Shown in pieces: positions 1 to 12,000 of a stretch of DNA of 64,000 bases. Under the pieces are notes generated by a model that saw nothing but the letters and a program-made list of their open reading frames with translations, did no database searches and was not told where the DNA came from. Numbering within the stretch: the first letter of the stretch is position 1; each line of letters starts with the position of its first letter. The stretch is from Narcine bancroftii (Eukaryota), in contig NC_091476.1 in assembly GCF_036971445.1 (NCBI RefSeq), forward strand, positions 58,962,001 to 59,026,000. The letters are read 5' to 3'. A program made the translations under genes and the position numbers.

Positions 1-3000
1 CTTTCCCGGCCTCCCCGGTGCTCCTGGCCCGGTCTCCCCTGTGCTCCTGGCCCGGCCTCCCTGGTGCTCCTGGCCCTGCCTCCCCGGTGCTCCTGGCCCT
101 GCCTCCCCGGTGCTCCTGGCCCTGCCTCCCCAGTGCTCCTGGCCTTGCCTCCCCGATGGTCCTGGCCCGGCCTCCCCGGTGCTCCTGGCCCGGTCTCCCC
201 TGTGCTCCTGGCCCGGCCTCCCTGGTGCTCCTGGCCCTGCCTCCCCGGTGCTCCTGGCCCTGCCTCCCCGGTGCTCGTGGCCCGGCCTCCCCAGTGCTCC
301 TGGCCTTGCCTCCCCGATGGTCCTGGCCCGGCCTCCCCGGTGCTCCTGGCCCGGCCTCCCAGGTGCTCCTGGACCAGCCTCCACGCCGGTCCTGTCCAGG
401 CCTTCCCAGCACTGAAGGCCCGGTCTCCCCAGTACTGCTGGACAGGCCACCCCAGCACTCCAGGCCCGGCATCCCCAGCTCATCAGGTCCAGCCTCTCCA
501 GTACTCCAGGCCCAGCCTCACCAGTACTCCAGGCACAGCCTCACCAGTACTCCAGGCCCAGCGTCACCAGTACTCCTGACCCAGCCTCACCAGTACTCCT
601 GGCCCAGCCTCACCAGTACTCCTGGTACAGCCTCATCAGTACTCCAGGCCCAGCCTCACAAGTACTCAAGGCCAAGGTCCACTAGTACTTCAGGCCAGGC
701 TTCACCAGTACTCTAGTCCCAGCTCCCCTCGTACTTCAGGCCAGCTACACTAATTCTCCAGGACCAGCCACAGCAGTTTTCTAGACCCACTCTCATTAGT
801 ACTCCAGTATCAGCCTAAGCAGACCTCCAAGCCTTGCCCCTCTCGTCAACCAGGCTCAAGCTCACCTGATCTCCAGTCCCAGCCTCACCAGTACACCAGG
901 ACCAGCCTCAGCAGTGCTCCAGGCCTGGCCCCTCCAATACTATACGTCCAGCCTGACCAGTACTCCAGGCCAAGCATTACTAATACTCCGCAACAAACAT
1001 CACAAGTATACCAGGCATAGATTCAATAGAACTTCAGGCGCGGCGTCAGCAGTAGTCCAGGCTCTGCATCAGTAGTACACCAAGCCCAGTCCCAGCAGTA
1101 CTTCTGGCGGGGCCTCCCCGGTGCTCCTGGCGGTGCTTCCCCGATGCTCCTGGCCCGGCCTCCCCGATGCTCCTGGCCCGGCCTCGCCGGTGCTCCTGGG
1201 CCGGCCTCGCCGCTGCTCCTGGCCCGGCCTCGCCGCTGCTCCTCGCCCGGCCTCACCGGTGCTCCTGCCCGGCGTACCTGGTGGTCCTGGCCCGGACTCC
1301 CCGGTGCTCCTGGCCCGGCCTCCCCGGTGCTCCTGGCCCGGCCTCCCCGGTGCTCCTGGACCGGCCTCCCCGGTGCTCCTGGCTCGGCCTCCCCAGCGCT
1401 CCAGGCCAGGCCTCCCCGTTGCTCCTGGCACGGCCTCCCCAGCACACCAGGTCCCACCTCCCCTGTACTCCAGTCCCAGCCTCCCCAGTTCTCCAGGCCC
1501 AGCCACACCAGTACTCCAAGCCCAGCCTCCCCAGTACTCCAGGCACTGCGTCCCCAGTTCTCCAGGCCCAGCCTCACCAGCACTCCAGGCCAAACTCCCC
1601 TCGTACTTCAGGCCAGTTACACTAATTCTCGAGGACCAGCCACACCAGTTTTCTAGAACCAGTCTCATTAGTACTCCAGTATCAGCCTCAGCAGACCTCC
1701 AGGCCTTGCGCCTCTAGTCATCCAGGCTCACGCTCACCTGATCTCCAGTCCAGGCCTCACCAGTACACCAGGACCAGCCGCAGCAGTGCTCCAGGCCTGG
1801 CCCCTCTAGTACTATATATCCAGCCTGACCAGTACTCCAAGCCAAGCATTACTAATACTCAGGAACAAACATCACAAGTACACCAGGCATAGATTCATTA
1901 GAACTTCAGGCACGACGTCAGCAGTCGTTCAGGCTCTGCATCAGTAGTACACCAAGCCCAGTCCCAGCAGTACTCCTGGCGGGGCCTCCCCGGTGCTCCT
2001 GGCCCAGTCTCCCCTGTGCTTCTGGCCCGGCCTCCCCGGTGCTCCTGGCCCGGCCTCCCTGGTGCTCCTTTCCCGGCCTCCCCGGTGCTCCTGGCCCGGT
2101 CTCCCCTGTGCTCCTGGCCCGGCCTCCCTGGTGCTCCTGGCCCTGCCTCCCCGGTGCTCCTGGCCCTGCCTCCCCGGTGCTCGTGGCCCGGCCTCCCCAG
2201 TGCTCCTGGCCTTGCCTCCCCGATAGTCCTGGCCCGGCCTCCCCGGTGCTCCTGGCCCGGCCTCCCAGGTGCTCCTGGACCAGCCTCCAGCCGGTCCTGT
2301 CCAGGCCTTCCCAGCACTGCAGGCCCGGTCTCCCCAGTACTGCTGGACAGGCCACCCCAGCACTCCAGGCCCGGCCTCCCCAGCACATCAGGTCCAGCCT
2401 CTCCAGTAATCCAGGCCCAGCCTCACCAGTACACCAGGCACAGCCTCACCAGTACTCCAGGCCCAGCGTCACCAGTACTCCTGACCCAGCCTCACCAGTA
2501 CTCCTGGCCCAGCCTCACCAGTACTCCTGGTACAGCCTCACAAGTACTCCAGGCCCAGCCTCACAAGTACTCAAGGCCAAGGTCCACTAGTACTTCAGGC
2601 CAGGCTTCACCAGTACTCTAGTCCCAGCTCCCCTCGTACTTCAGGCCAGCTACACTAATTCTCCAGGACCAGCCACAGCAGTTTTCTAGACCCACTCTCA
2701 TTAGTACTCCAGTATCAGCCTAAGCAGACCTCCAAGCCTTGCCCCTCTAGTCATCCGGGCTCACGCTCACCTGATCTCCAGTCCAGGCCTCACCAGTACA
2801 CCAGGACCAGCCTCAGCAGTGCTCCAGGCCTGGCCCCTCCAATACTATACGTCCAGCCTGACCAGTACTCCAGGCCAAGCATTACTAATACTCCGGAACA
2901 AACATCACAAGTATACCAGGCATAGATTCAATAGAACTTCAGGCGCGGCGTCAGCAGTAGTCCAGGCTCTGCATCAGTAGTACACCAAGCCCCGTCCCAG

Positions 3001-6000
3001 CAGTACTTCTGGCGGGGCCTCCCCGGTGCTCCTGGCGGTGCTTCCCCGATGCTCCTGGCCCGGCCTCCCCGATGCTCCTGGCCCGGACTCGCCGGTGCTC
3101 CTGGGCCGGCCTCGCCGCTGCTCCTGGCCCGGACTCGCAGCTGCTGCTGGCCCGGCCTCACCGGTGCTCCTGCCCGGCGTACCTGGTGGTCCTGGCCCGG
3201 ACTCCCCGGTGCTCCTGGCCCGGCCTCCCCGGTGCTCCTGCCCCGGCCTCCCCGGTGCTCCTGGACCGGCCTCCCCGGTGCTCCTGGCTCGGCCTCCCCA
3301 GCGCTCCAGGCCAGGCCTCCCCGTTGCTCCTGGCACGGCCTCCCCAGCACACCAGGTCCCGCCTCCCCTGTACTCCAGGCCCAGCCTCCCCAGTACTCCA
3401 GGCACTGCGTCCCCAGTTCTCCAGGCCCAGCCTCACCAGCACTCCTGGCCAAACTCCCCTCGTACTTCAGGCCAGTTACACTAATTCTCGAGGACCAGCC
3501 ACACCAGTTTTCTAGATCCAGTCTCATTAGTACTCCAGTATCAGCCTCAGCAGACCTCCAGGCCTTGCGCCTCTAGTCATCCAGGCTCACGCTCACCTTA
3601 TCTCCAGTCCAGGCCTCACCAGTACACCAGGACCAGCCGCAGCAGTGCTCCAGGCCTGGCCCCTCTAGTACTATATATCCAGCCTGAACAGTACTCCAAG
3701 CCAAGCATTACTAATACTCAGGAACAAACATCACAAGTACACCAGGCATAGATTCATTAGAACTTCAGGCACGACGTCAGCAGTCGTTCAGGCTCTGCAT
3801 CAGTAGTACACCAAGCCCAGTCCCAGCAGTACTCCTGGCGGGGCCTCCCCGGTGCTCCTGGCCCAGTCTCCACTGTGCTTCTGGCCCGGCCTCCCCGGTG
3901 CTCCAGGCCCAGCCTCCCCAGCGTGGCAGGCCCGGCCTCCCCAGCACTGCAGCCCACTCATCCCAGCACTCCAGGCCCAGCCGCCCCAGTACTCCAGGCC
4001 CGGCCACCCAAGCACTCCAGCCCCAGCCTCCCCAGTACTCCAGGCCCAGCCTCCCCAGAACTCCAGACCTAGCCTCACCAGTTCTCCAGGCCCAGCCTCC
4101 CCAGTACTCCAGGCTCAGCCTCCCCAGTCCACCAGGCCCATGCTCACCAGTACTCTAGGCCCAGCATCACCAGTACTCCAGGCCCAGCCTCACGATTACT
4201 CCAGGCCCAGCCTCGCCAGTACTCCAGGCCCAGCCTCACCAGTACTCCAGGGCCAGCCTCACCAGTTCTCTAGGGCCAGCCTCACAAGTACTCCAGGCCC
4301 AGCCTCACCAGTACTCCAGGCCCAGCCTCACCAGTACTCCAGGACCAGCCTCACCAGTTCTCCAGGCCGAACCTCACCAGTACTCCAGGCCTATTTAACT
4401 CGCACTCCATGTGAAGCCTCCCAAGCACTCCAGTCCCAGCCTCCCCAGCACTCCAGTCCCAGCCACCTCAGGACTCCAGGCCCAGCCTCCCCAGCACTCC
4501 AGGCCCAGCCTCCCCAGCACTCCAGGTCCCGACTACCCAGTACTCCAGGCCCAGCCTATCCAGTACTCCAGGTACAGCTTCCCCGGTACTCTTGGCACAG
4601 CCTCACCAGTAATCCAGTCCCAGCCTCACCAGTACTCCAGGCCCAGCCTCCCCTGTACTCCAGGCCCAGCCTCACCAGTACTCCAGGCCCGGCCTCACAT
4701 GAACTCATGGCCCGGCATCCCCAGTGCTCCTAGCGTGGCCTCGTCGGTGCTCCTGGCCCGGCCTCGCCGGTGCCCCTGGCCCGACCTCCCCGCTGCTCCT
4801 GGCCCGGCCTCGCCGGTGTTCCTGGCCCGGCCTCGCCGGTGCTCCTGGCCCGGCCTCGCGGGTGGTCCTGGCCCGTCCTCGCGGGTGCTCCTGGCCCGGC
4901 CTCCCCTGTGCTCCTGGCCCTGCCTCCCCGGTGCTCCTGGCCCGGCCTCCCCGGTGCTCCTGGCTCGGCCTCCCCAGCGCTCCAGGCCAGGCCTCCCCGG
5001 TGCTCCTGGCACGGCCTCCCCAGCACTCCAGGTCCCGCCTCCCCTGTACTCCAGGCCCAGCCTCCCCAGTTCTCCAGGCCCAGCCACACCAGTACTCCAA
5101 GCCCAGCCTCCCCAGTACTCCAGGCCCTGCGTCCCCAGTTCTCCAGGCCCAGCCTCACCAGCACTCCAGGCCAAACTCCCCTCGTACTTCAGGCCAGTTA
5201 CACTAATTCTCGAGGACCAGCCACACCAGTTTTCTAGATCCAGTCTCATTAGTACTCCAGTATCAGCCTCAGCAGACCTCCAGGCCTTGCGCCTCTAGTC
5301 ATCCAGGCTCACGCTCACCTGATCTCCAGTCCAGGCCTCACCAGTACACCAGGACCAGCCTCAGCAGTGTTCCAGGCCAGGCCCCTCTAGTACTATATAT
5401 CCAGCCTGACCAGAACTCCAGGCCAAGCATTACTAATACTCAGGAACAAACATCACAAGTACACCAGGCATAGATTCATTAGAACTTCAGGCACGACGTC
5501 AGCAGTCGTTCAGGCTCTGCATCAGTAGTACACCAAGCCCAGTCCCAGCAGTACTCCTGGCGGGGCCTCCCCGGTGCTCCTGGCCCAGTCTCCCCTGTGC
5601 TTCTGGCCCGGCCTCCCCGGTGCTCCAGGCCCGGCCTCCCCAGCGTGAAAGGCCCGGCCTCCCCAGCACTGCAGCCCACTCATCCCAGCACTCCAGGCCC
5701 AGCCTCCCCAGCACTTCAGGTCCAGCCTCCCCAGTACTCCAGGCCCGGCCACCCCAGCACTCCAGGCCCAGCCTCCCCAGTGCTCCAGGCCCAGCCTCCC
5801 CAGAACTCCAGACCTAGCCTCCCCAGTCCACCAGGCCAATGCTCACCAGTACTCTAGGCCCAGCATCACCAGTACTCCAGGCCCAGCCTCACCAGTACTC
5901 CAGGCCCAGCCTCGCCAGTACTCCAGGCCCAGCCTCACCAGCACTCCAGGCCCGGCCTCCCCAGCACATCAGGTCCAGCCTCTCCAGTACTCCAGGCCCA

Positions 6001-9000
6001 GCCTCACCAGTACTCCAGGCACAGCCTCACCAGTACTCCAGGCCCAGCGTCACCAGTACTCCTGACCCAGCCTCACCAGTACTCCAGGCCCAGCCTCACA
6101 AGTACTCAAGGCCAAGGTCCACTAGTACTTCAGGCCAGGCTTCACCAGTACTCTAGTCCCAGCTCCCCTCGTACTTCAGGCCAGCTACACTAATTCTCCA
6201 GGACCAGCAACAGCAGTTTTCTAGACCCACTCTCATTAGTACTCCAGTATCAGCCTAAGCAGACCTCCAAGCCTTGCCCCTCTCGTCATCCAGGCTCACG
6301 CTCACCTGATCTCCAGTCCCAGCCTCACCAGTACACCAGGACCAGCCTCAGCAGTGCTCCAGGCCTGGCCCCTCCAATACTATACGTCCAGCCTGACTAG
6401 TACTCCAGGCCAAGCATTACTAATACTCCGGAACAAACATCACAAGTATACCAGGCATAGATTCAATAGAACTTCAGGCGCGGCGTCAGCAGTAGTCCAG
6501 GCTCTGCATCAGTAGAACACCAAGCCCAGTCCCAGCAGTACTTCTGGCGGGGCCTCCCCGGTGCTCCTGGCGGTGCTTCCCCGATGCTCCTGGCCCGGCC
6601 TCCCTGGTGCTCCTGGACCGGCCTCCCCGGTGCTCCTGGCTCGGCCTCCCCAGCGCTCCAGGCCAGGCCTCCCCGTTGCTCCTGGCACGGCCTCCCCAGC
6701 ACACCAGGTCCCGCCTCCCCTGTACTCCAGGCCCAGCCTCCCCAGTTCTCCAGGCCCAGCCACACCAGTACTCCAAGCCCAGCCTCCCCAGTACTCCAGG
6801 CACTGCGTCCCCAGTTCTCCAGGCCCAGCCTCACCAGCACTCCAGGCCAAACTCCCCTCGTACTTCAGGCCAGTTACACTAATTCTCGAGGACCAGCCAC
6901 ACCAGTTTTCTAGAACCAGTCTCATTAGTACTCCAGTATCAGCCTCAGCAGACCTCCAGGCCTTGCGCCTCTAGTCATCCAGGCTCACGCTCACCTGATC
7001 TCCAGTCCAGGCCTCACCAGTACACCAGGACCAGCCGCAGCAGTGCTCCAGGCCTGGCCCCTCTAGTACTATATATCCAGCCTGACCAGTACTCCAAGCC
7101 AAGCATTACTAATACTCAGGAACAAACATCACAAGTACACCAGGCATAGATTCATTAGAACTTCAGGCACGACGTCAGCAGTCGTTCAGGCTCTGCATCA
7201 GTAGTACACCAAGCCCAGTCCCAGCAGTACTCCTGGCGGGGCCTCCCCGGTGCTCCTGGCCCAGTCTCCCCTGTGCTTCTGGCCCGGCCTCCCCGGTGCT
7301 CCTGGCCCGGCCTCCCTGGTGCTCCTTTCCCGGCCTCCCCGGTGCTCCTGGCCCGGTCTCCCCTGTGCTCCTGGCCAGGCCTCCCCGGTGCTCCTGGCCC
7401 GGCCTGCCCGGTTCTCCTGGCCCTGCCTCCCCGGTGCTCCTGGCACGGCCTCCCTGGTGCACCTGGCCCGGACTCCCCGATGCTCCTGTCCAGGCCTCGC
7501 CGTTACTCCTGGCCCGGCCTCGCCTGTGCTCCTGGCCCGGCCTCACCGGTGCTCCTGGCCCGGCCTCCCCGGTGCTCGTGGCCCGGCCTCCCAGATGTTC
7601 CTGGCCCGGGCTGCCTGGTGCTCGTTGCCCTGCCTCCTCGGTGCTCCAGGCCTCGGCTCCCAGGTGCTCCTGGCCAGGCCTCCCCGGTGCTCCTTTCCCG
7701 GCCTCCCCAGCACTGCAGGCCCGGCCGCCCCAGTACTGCAGGCCCGGCCACCCCAGCACTCCAGGCCCTGCCTCGCCAGCACTTCAGGTCCAGCCTCCCC
7801 ACTACTCCAGGCCCAGCCTCCCCAGTACCCCAGGCCCAGCTTCATCAGTACCCCTGGCCCAGCCTCACCATTACACTAGGCCCATCTCCCCAGTACTCAA
7901 GGCCCAGCCTCACCAGTACTCCAGGCCCAGCCTCAACAGTACTCCTGGCCCAGCCTCACCAATACTCCTGGCCCATCCTCACCAGTACTCCAGGCCCAGC
8001 CTCGCAAGTACTCGAGGCCAAGCTCCACTAGTACTTCAGGCCAGGCTTCACCAGTACTCTAGTCCCAGCTCCCCTCGTACTTCAGGCCAGATACACTAAT
8101 TCTCCAGGTCCAGCCACACCAGTTTTCTAGACCCAGTCTCATTAGTACTCCAGTATCAGCATCAGCAGACCTCCAGGCCTTGCCCCTCTAGTCATCCATG
8201 CTCACGCTCACTTGATCTCCAGTCCTAGCCTCACCAGTACACGAGGCCCAGCCTCAGCAGTGCTCGAGGCCTGGCCACTCTAGTACTATAGGTCCAGCCT
8301 GACCAGTACTCCAGGCCCAGCATTACTAATACTCCAGAAAAAAAATCACCAGTACACCAGGCATAGATTTATTAGAACTTCAGGCACGGCGTCAGCAGTA
8401 GTCCAGGCTCTGCATCAGTAGTACACCAAGCCCAGTCCCACCAGTGCTCCTGGCCCGGCCTCCCTGGTGCTCCTTTCCCGGCCTCCCCGGTGCTCCTGGC
8501 CCGGTCTCCCCTGTGCTCCTGGCCCGGCCTCCCTGGTGCTCCTGGCCCTGCCTCCCCGGTGCTCCTGGCCCTGCCTCCCCGGTGCTCGTGGCCCGGCCTC
8601 CCCAGTGCTCCTGGCCTTGCCTCCCCGATGGTCCTGGCCCGGCCTCCCCAGTGCTCCTGGCCTTGCCTCCCCGATGGTCCTGGCCCGGCCTCCCCGGTGC
8701 TCCTGGCCCGGCCTCCCAGGTGCTCCTGGACCAGCCTCCACGCCGGTCCTGTCCAGGCCTTCCCAGCACTGAAGGCCCGGTCTCCCCAGTACTGCTGGAC
8801 AGGCCACCCCAGCACTCCAGGCCCGGCATCCCCAGCTCATCAGGTCCAGCCTCTCCAGTACTCCAGGCCCAGCCTCACCAGTACTCCAGGCACAGCCTCA
8901 CCAGTACTCCAGGCCCAGCGTCACCAGTACTCCTGACCCAGCCTCACCAGTACTCCTGGCCCAGCCTCACCAGTACTCCTGGTACAGCCTCATCAATACT

Positions 9001-12000
9001 CCAGGCCCAGCCTCACAAGTACTCAAGGCCAAGGTCCACTAGTACTTCAGGCCAGGCTTCACCAGTACTCTAGTCCCAGCTCCCCTCGTACTTCAGGCCA
9101 GCTACACTAATTCTCCAGGACCAGCCACAGCAGTTTTCTAGACCCACTCTCATTAGTACTCCAGTATCAGCCTAAGCAGACCTCCAAGCCTTGCCCCTCT
9201 CGTCAACCAGGCTCACGCTCACCTGATCTCCAGTCCCAGCCTCACCAGTACACCAGGACCAGCCTCAGCAGTGCTCCAGGCCTGGCCCCTCCAATACTAT
9301 ACGTCCAGCCTGACCAGTACTCCAGGCCAAGCATTACTAATACTCCGGAACAAACATCACAAGTATACCAGGCATAGATTCAATAGAACTTCAGGCGTGG
9401 CGTCAGCAGTAGTCCAGGCTCTGCATCAGTAGTACACCAAGCCCAGTCCCAGCAGTACTTCTGGAGGGGCCTCCCCGGTGCTCCTGGCGGTGCTTCCCCG
9501 ATGCTCCTGGCCCGCCCTCCCCGATGCTCCTGGCCCGGCCTCGCCGGTGCTCCTGGGCCGGCCTCGCCGCTGCTCCTGGCCCGGCCTCGCTGCTGCTCCT
9601 GGCCCGGCCTCACCGGTGCTCCTGCCCGGCGTACCTGGTGGTCCTGGCCCGGACTCCCCGGTGCTCCTGGCCCGGCCTCCCCGGTGCTCCTGGCCCGGCC
9701 TCCCCGGTGCTCCTGGACCGGCATCCCCGGTGCTCCTGGCTCGGCCTCCCTGGTGCTCCTGGCTCGGCCTCCCTGGTGCTCCTGGCCCGGCCTCGCCGGT
9801 GCTCCTGGGCCGGCCTCGCCGCTGCTCCTGGCCCGGCCTCGCCGCTGCTCCTGGCCCGGCCTCGCCGCTGCTCCTGGCCCGGCCTCACCGGTGCTCCTGC
9901 CCGGCGTACCTGATGGTACTGGCCCGGACTCACCGGTGCTCCTGGCCCGGCCTCCCCGGTGCTCCTGGCCCGGCCTCCCCGGTGCTCCAAGCCCAGCCTC
10001 CCCAGTACTCCAGGCACTGCGTCCCCAGTTCTCCAGGCCCAGCCTCACCAGCACTCAAGGCCAAACTCCCCTCGTACTTCAGGCCAGTTACACTAATTCT
10101 CGAGGACCAGCCACACCAGTTTTCTAGAACCAGTCTCATTAGTACTCCAGTATCAGCCTCAGCAGACCTCGAGGCCTTGCGCCTCTAGTCATCCAGGCTC
10201 ACGCTCACCTGATCTCCAGTCCAGGCCTCACCAGTACACCAGGACCAGCCGCAGCAGTGCTCCAGGCCTGGCCCCTCTAGTACTATATATCCAGCCTGAC
10301 CAGTACTCCAAGCCAAGCATTACTAATACTCAGGAACAAACATCACAAGTACACCAGGCATAGATTCATTAGAACTTCAGGCACGACGTCAGCAGTCGTT
10401 CAGGCTCTGCATCAGTAGTACACCAAGCCCAGTCCCAGCAGTACTCCTGGCGGGGCCTCCCCGGTGCTCCTGGCCCAGTCTCCCCTGTGCTTCTGGCCCG
10501 GCCTCCCCGGTGCTCCTGGCCCGGCCTCCCTGGTGCTCCTTTCCCGGCCTCCCCGGTGCTCCTGGCCCGGTCTCCCCTGTGCTCCTGGCCCGGCCTCCCT
10601 GGTGCTCCTGGCCCTGCCTCCCCGGTGCTCCTGGCCCTGCCTCCCCGGTGCTCGTGGCCCGGCCTCCCCAGTGCTCCTGGCCTTGCCTCCCCGATAGTCC
10701 TGGCCCGGCCTCCCCGGTGCTCCTGGCCCGGCCTCCCAGGTGCTCCTGGACCAGCCTCCAGCCGGTCCTGTCCAGGCCTTCCCAGCACTGCAGGCCCGGT
10801 CTCCCCAGTACTGCTGGACAGGCCACCCCAGCACTCCAGGCCCGGCCTCCCCAGCACATCAGGTCCAGCCTCTCCAGTAATCCAGGCCCAGCCTCACCAG
10901 TACTCCAGGCACAGCCTCACCAGTACTCCAGGCCCAGCGTCACCAGTACTCCTGACCCAGCCTCACCAGTACTCCTGGCCCAGCCTCACCAGTACTCCTG
11001 GTACAGCCTCACAAGTACTCCAGGCCCAGCCTCACAAGTACTCAAGGCCAAGGTCCACTAGTACTTCAGGCCAGGCTTCACCAGTACTCTAGTCCCAGCT
11101 CCCCTCGTACTTCAGGCCAGCTACACTAATTCTCCAGGACCAGCCACAGCAGTTTTCTAGACCCACTCTCATTAGTACTCCAGTATCAGCCTAAGCAGAC
11201 CTCCAAGCCTTGCCCCTCTAGTCATCCGGGCTCACGCTCACCTGATCTCCAGTCCAGGCCTCACCAGTACACCAGGACCAGCCTCAGCAGTGCTCCAGGC
11301 CTGGCCCCTCCAATACTATACGTCCAGCCTGACCAGTACTCCAGACCAAGCATTACTAATACTCCGGAACAAACATCACAAGTATACCAGGCATAGATTC
11401 AATAGAACTTCAGGCGCGGCGTCAGCAGTAGTCCAGGCTCTGCATCAGTAGTACACCAAGCCCCGTCCCAGCAGTACTTCTGGCGGGGCCTCCCCGGTGC
11501 TCCTGGCGGTGCTTCCCCGATGCTCCTGGCCCGGCCTCCCCGATGCTCCTGGCCCGGACTCGCCGGTGCTCCTGGGCCGGCCTCGCCGCTGCTCCTGGCC
11601 CGGCCTCGCAGCTGCTGCTGGCCCGGCCTCACCGGTGCTCCTGCCCGGCCTCCCCGGTGCTCCTGGCCCGGCCTCCCCGGTGCTCCTGGCCCGGCCTCCC
11701 CGGTGCTCCTGGACCGGCCTCCCCGGTGCTCCTGGACCGGCCTCCCCGGTGCTCCTGCCTCGGCCTCCCCAGCGCTCCAGGCCAGGCCTCCCCGTTGCAC
11801 CTGGCACGGCCTCCCCAGCACACCAGGTCCTGCCTCCCCTGTACTCCAGGCCCAGCCTCCCCAGTACTCCAGGCACTGCGTCCCCAGTTCTCCAGGCCCA
11901 GCCTCACCAGCACTCCAGGCCAAACTCCCCTCGTACTTCAGGCCAGTTACACTAATTCTCGAGGACCAGCCACACCAGTTTTCTAGAACCAGTCTCATTA

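Noticed and set aside
1700-1812. CTCF-like ACTAGAGGGGC motifs on the minus strand of spacers
   Set aside because: They lack the conserved 5' CC and are mis-spaced relative to the core consensus.
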